DNA of 64,000 nucleotides. Origin: Cenarchaeum sp. Its GTDB lineage: Archaea; Thermoproteota; Nitrososphaeria; Nitrososphaerales; Nitrosopumilaceae. Of this stretch, positions 1-12,569 are shown piece by piece (position 1 is the stretch's first letter; every line of letters begins with the position of its first letter). Location: NCBI GenBank assembly GCA_965242695.1, contig CBDESU010000001.1, positions 384,001 to 448,000 of the forward strand. Direction: 5' to 3'. The notes under the pieces were generated by a model. That model searched no databases and was not told the DNA's origin. It saw only the letters and a list, made by a program, of their open reading frames with translations. The translations under genes and the position numbers were made by a program.

Positions 1-83
1 ACCTGGCGCGGTGGCTAGGACGGGCCTCGGCCCCCGCCCCCGCCCCGGCCGTGCCCCGCCCACCGCGATCCGGCTAATGTTGG

Positions 84-90
84 TTTAAAT
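84..90 (+). promoter_or_regulatory. Archaeal TATA box of the uvrBAC operon
   Basis: TTTAAAT in GC-rich context, about 23 nt before GTG 113. The same spacing recurs before thrS (24063), pgsA (31038), rps25e (44279) and others. Confidence 0.65.
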
Positions 91-112
91 TATCGCCCGC
101 ATTCGGCGCGCC

Positions 113-2260
113 GTGCACGGGCGCGCCGCACGGTTCAAGCTGCGATCGGAGTTCAAGCCGACCGGAGACCAGCCGCAGGCGATCGGCGCCCTGGCCAGGG
201 GCGTCGAGCGGGGCCAGACGCAGACGCTCCTCGGCGTGACGGGCTCTGGCAAGACGTTCACGGTAGCCAACGTGATCGCCCGCACCGGCAAGAACACGCT
301 GATCATATCGCACAACAAGACGCTCGCCGCCCAGCTGTACAACGAGCTCAAGCAGTTCTTCCCCGACAACAACGTCGGGTACTTTGTCTCGTACTACGAC
401 TACTACCAGCCGGAGAGCTACATGGTCAGCACCGACACGTACATCGAAAAGGACACGCAGATCAACGACCGGATAGAGAAGATGCGCCTAGAGGCGACCG
501 CGATGCTCCTCTCGGGCGAGCCGACCATCATAGTGGCGACCGTCTCGTGCATCTACTCGCTCGGCAACCCGGCCGACTGGGAAAAGATGGCCATTACGGT
601 GCGCGAGGGGGACCAGACCACGCGCAGCGCGCTCATAAAGTCGCTCGTGGCGGCGCGCTACGAGCGCAACGACGTCGGGGTGGGCCCCGGGATGTTTAGG
701 GTGCGGGGCGAGGCGATCGACGTGACGCCGGCCTACTCTGAGGACATGGTGCGCGTGTCCCTGGTCGGCGACAGGATCGACCGCGTCTCGTTCGTCGACC
801 CGGTTACGATGTCCGTCAAGAGGCGCGTGCCAGAGTTCCGCATATTCCCGGCCAAGCACTACCTCATATCGGGCGACGTGCAGGACAGGGCGATCGGCTC
901 CATAATGGCCGAGCTCGACGATCGCATGCCCGAGCTGCGCGAGCTGGAGCGGCAGAGGCTCGAGACGCGCACGCAGCACGACGTAGAGATGATCACCGAG
1001 CTCGGATACTGCTCGGGAATTGAGAACTACTCTAGGCACTTTGACGGGCGCAGGCCCGGCGAGCCGGCGTTCTGCCTGCTGGACTTCTTCGGCGACGACT
1101 TTCTGCTCGTGATCGACGAGTCGCACGTCACGCTGCCGCAGCTGCACGCAATGTACAAGGGCGACCACTCGCGCAAGAGGGAGCTCATAACGTACGGGTT
1201 CCGCCTGCCGAGCGCCTACGACAACCGCCCGCTAAAGTTCGAAGAGTTCGAGGGGTACATCGGCACGACGATATTCGCATCGGCGACGCCGGCCGCGTAC
1301 GAGCGCGAAAAGTCGGAGCGGGTCGTAGAGCAGCTCGTCCGGCCGACGGGCCTCGTCGACCCCGGCGTCGAGGTGCGCCCGACCGAGGGGCAGATGGACG
1401 ACCTGATGGGCGAGATCGACAAGCGCGTGGCACGATCAGAGCGCGTCTTCGTCACGACCCTCACAAAGCGCATGGCCGAGGACCTCGCAGAGTACCTCTC
1501 AAAGAACGGCAAGAAGGTGCGCTACCTGCACGCCGACATAGAGGGCCTAAAGAGGACCGAGCTCCTCAGGCAGCTGCGCCTCGGCGAGTTCGACATACTA
1601 GTCGGGATCAACCTGCTGCGCGAGGGCCTCGACCTGCCAGAGGTCTCGCTCGTGGCCATACTCGACGCCGACAAGGAGGGATTCCTGCGAAACTATACGA
1701 GCCTCGTCCAGACGTTCGGCAGGGCCGCGCGCAACGTCAACGGCCGCGTCATAATGTACGCCGACAGGGTGACCGACTCTATGAAGGCGGCCGTTCGCGA
1801 GACCGACAGGAGGCGCCGCACGCAGGAGGCGTACAACCGAAGGCACGGCATAACGCCGCGCACGATCTCAAAGCCCATACCGGAAGAGCCGGTGGCCATG
1901 CTCGACGACACGTCGCTGAGGACAAAGGCCGACCTGGAGGAAGAGCTGGAGCGCCTCGGCGGGCTCATGCGCGACTATTCAGAGGTCATGGACTTTGAGA
2001 ACGCGGCCGCCTGCCGCGACCAGATAAAGCGGATACGCTCAAAGATCAAGGGCAAGCGGCGCGGCGCCGCCGCCGGGCGCCGCGGGGGCCGCGGCCGCGC
2101 CGGCCCGGCCGCCGCGGGGGCAGCTGCCGCGCCTGCCCTTGCCGAGGAGCCGCCGAAAAAGGCCCCGCCAAAGCCGCGCCGGCAGCCGGCGCCGGTCATT
2201 GTGGCGGGCTCGGGCGGCAGCCGGCGCCGCGGTTCGGGCGGCGGGGGCAGGAGGAGGTAG
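113..2260 (+). CDS. uvrB: Excinuclease ABC subunit B
   Basis: GVTGSGKT Walker A, YYDYYQPE beta-hairpin, [25 protein letters not shown]; Gly/Arg/Ala-rich tail. Confidence 0.97.
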   Translation: MHGRAARFKLRSEFKPTGDQPQAIGALARGVERGQTQTLLGVTGSGKTFTVANVIARTGKNTLIISHNKTLAAQLYNELKQFFPDNNVGYFVSYYDYYQPESYMVSTDTYIEKDTQINDRIEKMRLEATAMLLSGEPTIIVATVSCIYSLGNPADWEKMAITVREGDQTTRSALIKSLVAARYERNDVGVGPGMFRVRGEAIDVTPAYSEDMVRVSLVGDRIDRVSFVDPVTMSVKRRVPEFRIFPAKHYLISGDVQDRAIGSIMAELDDRMPELRELERQRLETRTQHDVEMITELGYCSGIENYSRHFDGRRPGEPAFCLLDFFGDDFLLVIDESHVTLPQLHAMYKGDHSRKRELITYGFRLPSAYDNRPLKFEEFEGYIGTTIFASATPAAYEREKSERVVEQLVRPTGLVDPGVEVRPTEGQMDDLMGEIDKRVARSERVFVTTLTKRMAEDLAEYLSKNGKKVRYLHADIEGLKRTELLRQLRLGEFDILVGINLLREGLDLPEVSLVAILDADKEGFLRNYTSLVQTFGRAARNVNGRVIMYADRVTDSMKAAVRETDRRRRTQEAYNRRHGITPRTISKPIPEEPVAMLDDTSLRTKADLEEELERLGGLMRDYSEVMDFENAAACRDQIKRIRSKIKGKRRGAAAGRRGGRGRAGPAAAGAAAAPALAEEPPKKAPPKPRRQPAPVIVAGSGGSRRRGSGGGGRRR

Positions 2261-2266
2261 GGCGCA

Positions 2267-5200
2267 ATGGCAAGGGACGTACTGCGCATACGCGGCGCGA
2301 GGCACCACAACCTAAAGAACATCGACATCGACATGCCCAAGAACAAGCTGATCGTCGTCAGCGGGCTGTCTGGCTCGGGCAAGTCGACGCTCGCGTTCGA
2401 CACGATCTACGCCGAGGGGCAGCGCCGCTACGTCGAGTCGCTCTCTACGTACGCCCGGCAGTTTCTCGAGATGATGGACAAGCCCGACGTCGACTCGATA
2501 GAGGGCCTCAGCCCGTCGATCTCCATACAGCAGAAGACGACGAGCCGCAACCCGCGCTCGACGGTCGGGACCACGACGGAGATATACGACTACCTGCGCC
2601 TCTTGTACGCCCGCGTCGGCACGCCGTACTGCACGGGGTGCGGCCGCAAGGTCTCGAGCCAGTCGGCCGAGACCATTACGGACACGGCCCTGCGCGAGTT
2701 CGACGGCAAGCGCGTCCTGGTCCTCGCGCCGGTCGCCCGCCACAAGAAGGGCACGCACGAAAAGACGCTCGACAAGGCGCGGCGCGACGGCCACGAGCGC
2801 GCCCGCATCGACGGCCACATGTGGCGCCTCGACGAGGAGATCGGAGGGCTCGACAAGAACAAGTGGCACGACGTAGAGATCGTCATGGACAGGCTGACGG
2901 CGCAAAAGGAGGAGCGCTCGCGCCTGTACGAGGCCGTCGAGGCGGCGCTAAAGTCGGCGGCCGGCCGCGTCGTGGTCCTAGAGGGCGACGAGGACGGCGA
3001 GGCCGTCGAGGGGGGCGAGGAGCGCCTGTTCTCGCAGAACAACGCGTGCCCCCACTGCGGGATCACGATAGGCGAGCTCGAGCCGCGCACGTTCTCGTTC
3101 AACTCGCCGTTTGGCATGTGCGAGGACTGCCACGGGATCGGGCTGTCGATGGTCTTCGACCCCGCCCTGATCATACCGGACAGGACGAAGACGCTGCGGG
3201 GCGATGCGATCGCGCCGTGGGCGAGCACCCGCAGCAAGGCGACGCGCACCCGCCTGATGCACGTGCGCCGGCGGATGGGCATAGACCTTGACGTGCCCGT
3301 CTCGCAGCTGAGCGATCGCGAGATGCACCTGCTCATGTTCGGATCCCTCGACGGGTTCGAGCCGAGGGGCGGCAAGGGCAAGGCGGCCGCGGGCGGCCGC
3401 GGCCGCGGCAGGGGCAGGGGCGCCGCCGCGAGCGGGGACGACGAGTACGGCGACGACGACGACGACCTGGAGATCGACATCGGCGGCGGCGGGGGGCGCC
3501 GGAAGCGCGGCCGGCCGGCAAAGCGGGCTGCGGCCGACAACGACGACGACGACTACGACGAGGAAGAGTACGAGGAGAGCGTCCGGATGGCGCTGGAGAT
3601 GAACATGCCGTGGATGCTCCCGCCGATGTACAAGGGGCTGATCGGCGAGCTCGAAAAGGACTATGCAAAGGCGACGACCGACAAGCGCAAGGACCACTTT
3701 AGGCAGTACATGCGCGACCTGCCGTGCCGCACGTGCGACGCCGGGCGCCTCAAGAAGGAGGCGCTCGCCGTGAGGGTCGGCGGCAAGAACATCGGCGAGG
3801 TGTGCATAATGTCGATCCACGACTGCCACGACTTCTTTTCAAACCTAAAGCTGACCGACACCGAGATGTACATCGCAAAGGACGTCCTCAAGGAGGTGCG
3901 GTCCAGGCTAGAGTTCCTGCTCAACGTCGGGCTGGAGTACCTCAGCCTCAACCGCGCGAGCGCCACGCTGTCCGGCGGCGAGTCGCAGCGCATACGGCTG
4001 GCCACCCAGATCGGCTCGAACCTGTCCGGCGTCCTGTACGTGCTCGACGAGCCGACGATCGGGCTGCACCAGCGCGACAACGCCCGGCTGATCAAGACGC
4101 TCGGCAAGCTGCGCGACCTGGGCAACACCGTCATAGTCGTAGAGCACGACGAAGAGGTCATCCGCAGCGCAGACTGGATGCTCGACATGGGGCCGGGCGC
4201 GGGCATACACGGCGGCAGCGCCGTGTTCGCGGGCACGCTCTCGCAGATTCTGAAGGGCAGCGAGTCGATAACCGGCAAGTACCTAAAGGACCATTCCCTG
4301 ATCAGCCTCGCCGGGCGCAAGCGCGTCGCCAAGGACGAGCGGCTCGTCGTGCGGGCCGCGCGCGCAAACAATTTGAAGTCGATAGACGTAGAGGTGCCCC
4401 TCGGCAAGCTCGTCGTCATTACCGGCGTGTCGGGCTCGGGCAAGTCTACGCTCGTCAACGACGTGCTGCTCGCCGCGCTAGAGTCGCACTTTTACGCGAC
4501 GACGTCGCGGCCGGGCGACCACGACCGGATCGAAGGGATCGAGCACATCGACCGCGTCATATCGATCAACCAGTCGCCGATCGGCCGCACGCCGCGCTCG
4601 AACCCCGCTACCTACATCGGCGCGTTCACCCCCGTGCGCGACCTGTACGCCAGCACGGCCTCGTCAAAGGAGCACGGCTACGCGGCAGGCCAGTTCTCGT
4701 TCAACGTCGAGAGCGGAAGGTGCTTTGCATGCGAGGGCGACGGCGTAAAGAAGATCGAGATGCAGTTCCTCTCGGACGTGTACGTAAAGTGCGACGAGTG
4801 CCACGGCCGCCGCTACAACTCGGAGACGCTCGCCGTCAGGTACAAGGGCAAGAACATCGCCGACGTGCTCGAGATGACGGCCCACGAGGCCCTCGACTTC
4901 TTCAAGAACGTCTCGCCCATACGCCGCAAGATGCAGACGCTCAACGACGTAGGGCTCGGCTACATAAAGCTCGGCCAGTCGTCGACTACGCTCTCCGGCG
5001 GCGAGGCGCAGCGCATAAAGCTCGCCGCCGAGCTCTCAAAGCGCAGCACCGGCAAGACGCTGTACGTGCTAGACGAGCCGACGACGGGCCTCCACTTTGC
5101 CGACGTGCAAAAGCTCCTAGAGGTGCTCGACCGCCTCGTGAGCGGCGGGAACACGGTCGTCATCATAGAGCACAACATGGACGTCATCAAGAACGGCGAC

Positions 5201-5332
5201 TGGATCATCGACCTGGGCCCCGAGGGCGGCGACGAGGGCGGCAGGGTCGTCGTGGCGGGCACGGCCGAGGATGTCGCCAAGGCGCCGGGAAGCTACACGG
5301 GCAAGTACCTGCGCAGGCTCGGCAAGAGGTAG
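2267..5332 (+). CDS. uvrA: Excinuclease ABC subunit A
   Basis: Two ABC cassettes ([21 protein letters not shown] twice, DEPT twice) and CxxC zinc fingers; acidic/Gly-rich insertion at about 3360-3580. Confidence 0.97.
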   Translation: MARDVLRIRGARHHNLKNIDIDMPKNKLIVVSGLSGSGKSTLAFDTIYAEGQRRYVESLSTYARQFLEMMDKPDVDSIEGLSPSISIQQKTTSRNPRSTVGTTTEIYDYLRLLYARVGTPYCTGCGRKVSSQSAETITDTALREFDGKRVLVLAPVARHKKGTHEKTLDKARRDGHERARIDGHMWRLDEEIGGLDKNKWHDVEIVMDRLTAQKEERSRLYEAVEAALKSAAGRVVVLEGDEDGEAVEGGEERLFSQNNACPHCGITIGELEPRTFSFNSPFGMCEDCHGIGLSMVFDPALIIPDRTKTLRGDAIAPWASTRSKATRTRLMHVRRRMGIDLDVPVSQLSDREMHLLMFGSLDGFEPRGGKGKAAAGGRGRGRGRGAAASGDDEYGDDDDDLEIDIGGGGGRRKRGRPAKRAAADNDDDDYDEEEYEESVRMALEMNMPWMLPPMYKGLIGELEKDYAKATTDKRKDHFRQYMRDLPCRTCDAGRLKKEALAVRVGGKNIGEVCIMSIHDCHDFFSNLKLTDTEMYIAKDVLKEVRSRLEFLLNVGLEYLSLNRASATLSGGESQRIRLATQIGSNLSGVLYVLDEPTIGLHQRDNARLIKTLGKLRDLGNTVIVVEHDEEVIRSADWMLDMGPGAGIHGGSAVFAGTLSQILKGSESITGKYLKDHSLISLAGRKRVAKDERLVVRAARANNLKSIDVEVPLGKLVVITGVSGSGKSTLVNDVLLAALESHFYATTSRPGDHDRIEGIEHIDRVISINQSPIGRTPRSNPATYIGAFTPVRDLYASTASSKEHGYAAGQFSFNVESGRCFACEGDGVKKIEMQFLSDVYVKCDECHGRRYNSETLAVRYKGKNIADVLEMTAHEALDFFKNVSPIRRKMQTLNDVGLGYIKLGQSSTTLSGGEAQRIKLAAELSKRSTGKTLYVLDEPTTGLHFADVQKLLEVLDRLVSGGNTVVIIEHNMDVIKNGDWIIDLGPEGGDEGGRVVVAGTAEDVAKAPGSYTGKYLRRLGKR

Positions 5333-5340
5333 CGGGAGGC

Positions 5341-7281
5341 ATGGCGCCCGGGCGGCGCGCAGCGGGCAGGGGCGCGGGCGGCCACGCCCCCGCCGGATCG
5401 GCAAAGGGCAGGAGAGCTAGCTCTGCTCCCGCCCCCGCCGGATCGGCAAAGGGCAAGCCGGCCCCCGCCCCCGCCGGATCGGCAAAGGGCAAGCCGGCCC
5501 CCGCCCCCGCCGGATCGGCAAAGGGCAAGCCGGCCCCCGCCCCCGCCGGATCGGCAAAGGGCAAGCCGGCCCCGGGATCGCCCGCCGCGTTCGACCACAC
5601 GGCCGTGCGCATGCCAGCGCAGCCCGGCGTGTACCTCATGAAGGACTCGGACGGGACGATCATCTACATCGGCAAGGCCAAGAACCTGCGCAACCGCGTC
5701 CGCTCGTACTTTGGGCGGAACCAGGGGTACAAGACGGCCAGGCTCGTCTCGAGGATAGCCGACATCGAGTTCGTCGTGACCGACAGCGAGAGCGAGGCGT
5801 TCCTGCTAGAGTCGAACCTGATCAAGAGGTACAGGCCGCAGTACAACATAGAGCTAAAGGACCAGCAGCGGTACACGTACCTCCGCGTGACGGACGAAAA
5901 GTACCCGCGCCTGCTCGTGGCGCGCCGCACGCGCGACGGCCGCTTTCTGGGGGGAGGCCGCGTGTACGGCCCGTTCACGCACGGCAGCTCAAAGCTGCTC
6001 ACGGTCGGGACGCTGCGCAAGTCGTTCCAGATACGCATATGCAAGACGCTGCCAAAAAAGGAGTGCCTCGAGTACCACATCGGCAACTGCGAGGCGCCGT
6101 GCGTGTTTGCCGCGGCGCAGGAGAGGTACGCCTCGCACGTGGCCGACCTGGAGGCCGTCCTCAAGGGAGGAAAGGACAAGGACCGGTACCTAGAGGGGCT
6201 GCGCGAGGAGATGGCGCGGGCGGCCGAGTCGCTAGAGTTCGAGCGCGCCGGCGAGCTGCGCGACACGCTTGTGCGCCTCGACAGCCTCGGCGACGAGCAA
6301 AAGATGGACAGGCCCGGCGGCGCGCCCGACGAGGACTATATCGGGATACGGATGGAGGATGCAGGAGCCAGAACGCCGGGTGCGGGCGGAAAGGGCGGCG
6401 GCAGGCGCGGGCGCGGAAAGAGCGGGACTCCACCCGCCGAGCCGGTGGCCCATGTCATGACCCTGAGGCAGTCCAACGGCGTCATACGGGACAGGGACAG
6501 GTTCTCGTTCGACGCCATAGCAGACAACACGTTCTCGGCGTTCCTGTACCAGTACTACAGCACAAGGTCGGTCCCCGAGCGCATCTCGGTCAACGTTATG
6601 CCCGACGGCGCCGATGCGCTCACGTCTGCCCTCTCGAGGAGGGCCGGCCGCCCGGTGCGGATAGGCGTGCCGTCGCGCGGGCGCTCGCGCGACATGATCG
6701 ACCTTGTAATGCGCAACATCGACATGGCGCGCGCCGCCGGCGCAGAGCCGGCCCTGGCCGAGCTCGCATCTGCCCTGGGACTGAGGGCCCCGCCGCGGGC
6801 GATAGAGTGCTTTGATATATCTAACCATGGCGCCGACTACGCGGTCGGATCGATGTCGCGCCTCGTGGACGGGCTGCCGGACAAGGACGGCTACCGCAAG
6901 TTCCGCATAAAGACGGTGCGCGGCCGCGACGACTATGCGATGATCGCCGAGGTCGTAAGGCGCCGCTACCGCCGCCTGCTCGACGACGGGGCGGCCCTGC
7001 CCGACCTCATCGTCATCGACGGGGGGAGGGGGCAGCTGGCAGCCGCGCATGCCTCCCTGCATGCCCTGTCGGCGGCCGTGCCGTGCGTGTCGATTGCAAA
7101 GCGCGAGGAAGAGATATTCGGGCCCGGCGCGGACGCCGGGCCGCTCGCGCTGCCGGCCGACGGCGGCGCGCTGCGGATCGTCCGGCTCGCGCGCGACGAG
7201 GCGCATCGGTTCGGCGTCGCGTACAACCGCAGCCTGCGCAGGATCGGCAGGGGCGGCCGGCGCAAGGCCGACGGCGGGTAG
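5341..7281 (+). CDS. uvrC: Excinuclease ABC subunit C
   Basis: GIY-YIG domain (PGVYLMK..IYIGKAKNLRNRVRSYF) and RNase H-like domain (ECFDISN, DGGRGQ, RDEAHRF). Start placed at ATG 5341 just after the uvrA stop; the track ORF from 3724 is a GC shadow extension. Confidence 0.95.
   Translation: MAPGRRAAGRGAGGHAPAGSAKGRRASSAPAPAGSAKGKPAPAPAGSAKGKPAPAPAGSAKGKPAPAPAGSAKGKPAPGSPAAFDHTAVRMPAQPGVYLMKDSDGTIIYIGKAKNLRNRVRSYFGRNQGYKTARLVSRIADIEFVVTDSESEAFLLESNLIKRYRPQYNIELKDQQRYTYLRVTDEKYPRLLVARRTRDGRFLGGGRVYGPFTHGSSKLLTVGTLRKSFQIRICKTLPKKECLEYHIGNCEAPCVFAAAQERYASHVADLEAVLKGGKDKDRYLEGLREEMARAAESLEFERAGELRDTLVRLDSLGDEQKMDRPGGAPDEDYIGIRMEDAGARTPGAGGKGGGRRGRGKSGTPPAEPVAHVMTLRQSNGVIRDRDRFSFDAIADNTFSAFLYQYYSTRSVPERISVNVMPDGADALTSALSRRAGRPVRIGVPSRGRSRDMIDLVMRNIDMARAAGAEPALAELASALGLRAPPRAIECFDISNHGADYAVGSMSRLVDGLPDKDGYRKFRIKTVRGRDDYAMIAEVVRRRYRRLLDDGAALPDLIVIDGGRGQLAAAHASLHALSAAVPCVSIAKREEEIFGPGADAGPLALPADGGALRIVRLARDEAHRFGVAYNRSLRRIGRGGRRKADGG
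5425..5568 (+). repeat. 36-bp tandem repeat x4 (APAPAGSAKGKP) in the UvrC N-terminus
   Basis: Near-identical units at 5425, 5461, 5497 and 5533, plus a partial copy at about 5386. Confidence 0.9.
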
Positions 7282-7318
7282 GCCCGCACTCTCGATGCGG
7301 GCGGCAAACCAGCGGCGG

Positions 7319-10300
7319 CTATCCGGACATGCCTGCAAGCTCGCGCCATACGCTCTTGTAATCCTTCCCCGTGAGTGCCCCCGACTCGGGCCCCCACTTG
7401 CTCTCGGAGAGATCGTCAAGCCACTTTAGGACCTCGCCGCTGCCGCTGGCCGAGTACATGTCACGCTTCCCCAAGTAGTCCGCATACGCGCTCCCGATCC
7501 GCTGTGCGGCGCCCCTCGGAACGCCGTTCATTCGCATGAGCACGGCCTCGTTCGTGCCGACCCCGTGGTACACCATGGCGGGAAGGTTGAGGGCCTGCCT
7601 TGCGCCGGGGCCCGCCGAGCCGCGTCCGTTGCCGTGTATCCTCTGCAGGCCCGCCAGCCCCCAGGATGCGGAGTGGATGATCCTGCCGTAGATTGCCCTG
7701 ACGCAGGCCGTCACGCTGGCCGGATCGCTGCCGCCAAAGTGGGACCGCGATATGTCCACAATCCCCCTTCCGCCCACCCAGTCTGCCACCACGCTGGCTA
7801 TGGCCGGATCGCGCCGCTCCTTGCCGGGCAGCGCCTTGGACAGGTCATCCACCTCGGGGATGCCGTCAAGCATGGCCGTCATGAGGCCGGCGAGCCTCGG
7901 GGATGCCCCCCCCCAAACAGCCCCTCCCTGCTCCACTCTGCTGGCGACATGCCGATGTTCTTGATGGCCGCCGCCGCGCGCTCGACCGACTCGGGCGAAA
8001 ACCCCGTCAGGTCCGACAGCCTCGATGCGGCCGGCTTCCTGTCTAGCTCACCCGCATACTCCCTGATTGCGTCCAAGAGGGCCCGCTGGCCGCGGGGCCC
8101 AAGCTTGCTGTACCCGAACGTCTCCCGCAGCATGACCTCTGACTCGGACACAAACCTGCCAAGGCTGCCGGACTGGTTCTTCATATGCGCTATGTACTGG
8201 ACAAAGCTAGACCATCCCGGCTCGCCTGCCAGCTGCGCAAGGTCTATCTTGGAGTGTGCCGCGAGCACGTCGCCGACCATTTCAACGAGCCTGGATGCGA
8301 GCTCTTCCGTCGACTCTTTGACGTACATTGCCACCTTGTCCATCTTCCCGCCGCGTGCCTTGTCGACTGCGATTCCGACCATGCCCAGGGACGGCTGGTC
8401 CATGCGCCCCGCCCGGCCTAGCAGATTCCAAAAGTCCATATGCCGCATGTTTCCATACCCCTGCGCGTACGACGAGACGAGTATCCCCGAGACGGGAAAG
8501 TTGAGGCCCTGGGCGATGGTGGTGGTGCCTACGAGCACCTGCATCTGCCCCGACTCCATGAGGCGCTCCATAAGGAGCCTGACCTCGTCGGGGAGCCCGG
8601 CATGGTGCACGCCGATCCCCCTGTCCAGGTACTTGACAAGCGGGAATCTTGCGCCCAGCTCACTGGCGACAAACTTTTTGGTCAGTTCCGCCAGGCCGCC
8701 AAGGTCGGGGCCGCCGTCAATGTTTTCGTATATGAGGTCTGCGATCTTCCAGACGCCGTTTATGGTGTCGGACAGGACGAGCAGGCCGTCCGATCTGTCG
8801 ATCTGGGTTGCCAGAAGGGACGTGAGCATGTAGGATGTTTTTCTTACTTGGCTCGCAGTTTTTGAAAAGCCGTCCGTCCGGCCGACTATTATGGGCCCGT
8901 CGATTGTTATCGTGTCGGCGCTGGTGACCAGCGGCTCAAAGTAGGTCGTCATGCTCCTGCCGCGGCCCTCGGCGTAGTATGCTCCGACCATGCGGTCGTT
9001 TGGCTTCCAGTTGATCCCGACCGTGACGGGTCTTGGGCTCTGCGGATCGATCCACCGGGCCACCTCGTCGCTGTTTGGCATGAATGGCGTGAGCAGGAGC
9101 AGGCCTGATCCGGGGCAGTCGCGCTTTATGGTGGAGATCAGCATCTCTAGACTCATCCCCCTTTTCTCGTCCCCTAGGTTGTGGGCTTCGTCTATGATGC
9201 ACAGGGACAGGGACCTGGCAAGCCCGTATTCTGGGTTTCGGATGAGGAGTAGCAGCTTTTCGGGCGTCGTCACCAAGACATCGAACGACCTGACCGAGAG
9301 CATGCCGTCTTCGAACCCGTCTATCTCGACAGCCCCGCTCATCTTTTCGACGCGCAGTCCAACGGGTTCTAGGTCGCGCCGCAGCTTGGCGGCGATCTGG
9401 TTGACTAGAGCCCTGGTGGGGGCGGTGTAGGCCACTATGGAGCCGCCGCCGGGCGGGCCCATGGCCTGAATTATCTTGAACTCTGCCAGCAGCGTCTTTC
9501 CGCCCGATGTGGGTAGGTTGATAACCATGGCGTTACGGGCCTGATCGAGCAGGCCGCCCGCAAGGATTGTCTCTCTCTGGGGATACAGGAGCTCGAATAT
9601 GGGCCGTTTTGATCTCGTGAGGGATCCTACAAACTCTGCCAGCCCGCCGCCTGCCCTCCTTGCAAGCATCCAGACCGAGTTGCGGGCCATCTTCTTGAAC
9701 GCCGGCTTTGCGATCCTCAGCAACACGTCAAGCTCGGCGGATCCGCCGATGCCGCTAGCCTCGATCGACCTGTCGAAGTGGAAGTCGAGCCTGGCCTCTA
9801 TGTCGCTAGGCTCACCACTTAGCATGAACCCCGCTAGCATCTCGATAGACCTTGCAAGATGGTACATGGCGGCAAGGCGGCATGCGGCGGCCGCGCGGGA
9901 TCCCTCATCCAGCCCTTTTAGGTATGGCGCCTCGAGCTCCTCTTGGCTCCTGCGTAGGCCGTCCACCGTCTCTGCGCATCTGAGCAGATCCTCGGGCGCG
10001 TCCTTTTTGACCAGGAGCAGAAACGCGTCGTACACGCCGGACATTACAGTGAATTCCCACCCGTCGTCTTCGGCGGCCGCTTCGTGGGATCCTTCGACGA
10101 CTCCGCCCTGCAGCCTCAGTCCGTCTCCGTGCTCCCTGACGTAACGCCTCATGGCCTCCCAGCGGTCGCCCATGTACGCGTATGCGAAGAGGCGCAGGAC
10201 GTGGCTGAACCTGGCCGCGGGATGCCCCGGTACGGGGCATGCCTCGAGAAAGCCAAAGCACCACCTGCACAGATCCTCGAGCGACGATTCGCCCTGGCCT

Positions 10301-10563
10301 GGCCTGGCACCGGGCGGGGCGGCGTCGCCTGCCTCGCCCCACTGGCGGACGGCGGCCATTTCACAGACCTCTGCGACGTGCTCTAGGTTGCCGACATCAT
10401 ACTGGCCTCCTTGGACGCGGGACGGGAATATCAGGCGCCCTGCCTTGAGGCCGTATGCGACGTTGTGCGCATCGGCTATCCTGCGATCTCCCAGCGCTTC
10501 GAACAGGAAGTGATCCGTCCCTGACGGGCGGCCGCCCCGGCCGGGATGCTCACCGCTTGCCAA
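7319..10563 (-). pseudogene. Ski2-like DEAH helicase, HamB (Hachiman)-like, split by a frameshift in a G9 run
   Basis: LPTSGGKT, TTPEK, DEAH, GIGVHHAGL, TTTIAQGLNFP, GRAGR. ORFs 7879-10656 and 7319-7936 join at the plus-strand C9 run 7906-7914; one added base gives about 1081 aa. TTG start at 10563 lies just after the upstream stop. Confidence 0.8.
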
Positions 10564-11156
10564 ACTACGCCCCCCGCCCTGCAGGCCGCTCGAGGCCGCT
10601 GATTGGAACCGGCACGTACAGTCCGACAAGGCGAAGCGATCCTGTGCCGGGACCACATCCCCTCTCTAGCCTGACGAACGCCGCCTCTAGGTCTACCTTG
10701 TCGGGCTCCTGATCGCTGATCAGAATTCCTGCCGTCGCCCACTTGCACATGGCATACGACCTGAGGGCCTCGTCGTTGCGCCTCCTGTCCGGTTCGCCAG
10801 ATCCGGATCTCGCCTTTTTTACGAGTTGCTGAATCAGGTGCGATACGACCTTTCCAGACCGGAGCCGTTCAAGCTGGACGCGAAGATCCCATACCACGCT
10901 CGGCGGCCTCGTTGTTTCACCCGTGGTCTTTACTTCGCCGAACAGGAACATGATGTTTCTACCACTCGATGCGTAGCCGACCAGGTCGGGGCCGGCTGAG
11001 TATGCGTACAGATTTCGCTCGTCGCGCAAGCGCGGGTACGGAAATGATGCACTCTCAAAGTCCTCTATAGGGGCTCTACTAAAGTTGACAAGAATTGACC
11101 AGGTGTCAAGATCCCTTCACCACTGTGGTGGTATAGCAGGGACGACAGGGTAGGGC

Positions 11157-12458
11157 ATGGGGCGAAAGGGATCGATTCCAGAGGGCAAGGGCTTCATGCC
11201 TGGCACGAGCGCCCACAAGCTCAAGCGCCTTGCCAACAAGGAGATGGACGCGCTGACGGCCAAGAGGTACATGGCCGCGTACCACCGCAAGAAGGGCAGG
11301 TCGTTCAACGAGATAGCCGGGATGGTCCTTGCATCGTACGACGCGGTCAGGGACTGGCTGGTGAAGATGCACAAGGGGGGCCTGAAGGCGGCCCCGCGGG
11401 GCAAGAGCCCCGGCAGGCGCCGATCAATTCCACTCGAGATCCGCTGGGAGTTGATCATGGATGTCTTCATGGGGCCACAGGCGGCCGGCTACAAGGCCAA
11501 CGTGTGGACGTTCAAACTCCTGCACGACCATCTTGAGAAAAAGTACAAGGTGAAGATAGCATACTCGACGGCCGCAAAGAACTTCAAGGAGATGGGCATA
11601 CGGCTCAAGGTGCCCCGCCCCGCACACCCAAAGGCGGCGAGCCTCGAGGAGCGGCTCGCCTTCCAGGCGGAGGCGCGCGCTAAGATCAAGGAGGCCGCCG
11701 CGGCCGGCTACCATACGGTCTTCATCGACGAGGGCCATGCGCAGGGCTACAAGAACGGGCGCGAGACGGCGGGGCTGAGAGGGGTCGAGATCGTGCGCAC
11801 GTCGAGCGTCGGGCGCGCACGCCTGAGCTTCTTCGTAGCCGTCGGCTACGGGTGGGTCTTCGTCATGGAGTGCCCCGGCCGGGCCAACAGCGAGGCGTAC
11901 ATGAGGTTCCTTGACAGGGTCAGCGCCCTAGTCGGCAAGATTCAGACCATAGACGACAACGCCGGGTACCACACCTCGGACAGGTCCAGCGACCACATCC
12001 GGGACAACGCGGACCGCCTGAGGCGCATACCCACGCTTCCGTACACGCCCAACGACAACGTCGCCGAGCCGCAGATCCGCGGCATAAAGACCGCCATGTC
12101 CAACGTAGGGCTCGACAGCGTCGGGGCCATAAGCGGCGAGCTCGGGTGGTGCTTTGAGAGCGACCTAGTCGTCCCGGTCGAGTTCTACGACTATGCGACT
12201 GCGGTCGACGCGCCGCAGATCAGCCCCCGCAAGGCGGCGGGGATCAAGAAAAGGCTCAGGCCGGGAGAGCACTTTGCGTACGTGCAGAGGAGAATGCCGG
12301 AAGAGGAGATCCCCCTGCCGACCATCGAAGAGATTCAAGCGAAGGAGGACAAGATACTCCCTCCGGAAAAGCGCGCAAAGTTGCCCCCTGTGCTGGCCAA
12401 CTCGAACATTCCCGCCAACTTTCTTGCGAGGCTTCCCCAGATATTGCTTGAGGAATAA
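11157..12458 (+). CDS. IS630-family transposase
   Basis: N-terminal HTH, a winged-HTH segment (WTFKLL..KVPRPAH), DDE residues in FIDEG, DNAGYH and PYTPNDNVAE. Confidence 0.9.
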   Translation: MGRKGSIPEGKGFMPGTSAHKLKRLANKEMDALTAKRYMAAYHRKKGRSFNEIAGMVLASYDAVRDWLVKMHKGGLKAAPRGKSPGRRRSIPLEIRWELIMDVFMGPQAAGYKANVWTFKLLHDHLEKKYKVKIAYSTAAKNFKEMGIRLKVPRPAHPKAASLEERLAFQAEARAKIKEAAAAGYHTVFIDEGHAQGYKNGRETAGLRGVEIVRTSSVGRARLSFFVAVGYGWVFVMECPGRANSEAYMRFLDRVSALVGKIQTIDDNAGYHTSDRSSDHIRDNADRLRRIPTLPYTPNDNVAEPQIRGIKTAMSNVGLDSVGAISGELGWCFESDLVVPVEFYDYATAVDAPQISPRKAAGIKKRLRPGEHFAYVQRRMPEEEIPLPTIEEIQAKEDKILPPEKRAKLPPVLANSNIPANFLARLPQILLEE

Positions 12459-12530
12459 AGTGGCATGCCCCGCCTGCGATAAATGTTGCACTTGTGCCGC
12501 GCTGCGGAATAACAATTCACGATACAATTG

Positions 12531-12569
12531 TTTTGTGTAACTATTTTGTGTAACTGTTTTCTGTGACTT
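12531..12569 (+). repeat. 13-bp subterminal tandem repeat x3 in IS630
   Basis: TTTTGTGTAACTA, TTTTGTGTAACTG, TTTTCTGTGACTT. Confidence 0.75.

Noticed and set aside
3724-5340. N-terminal 539 aa of the 1185-aa track ORF as a UvrC fusion
   Set aside because: It is an Arg-rich shadow frame overlapping uvrA, typical of high-GC DNA.
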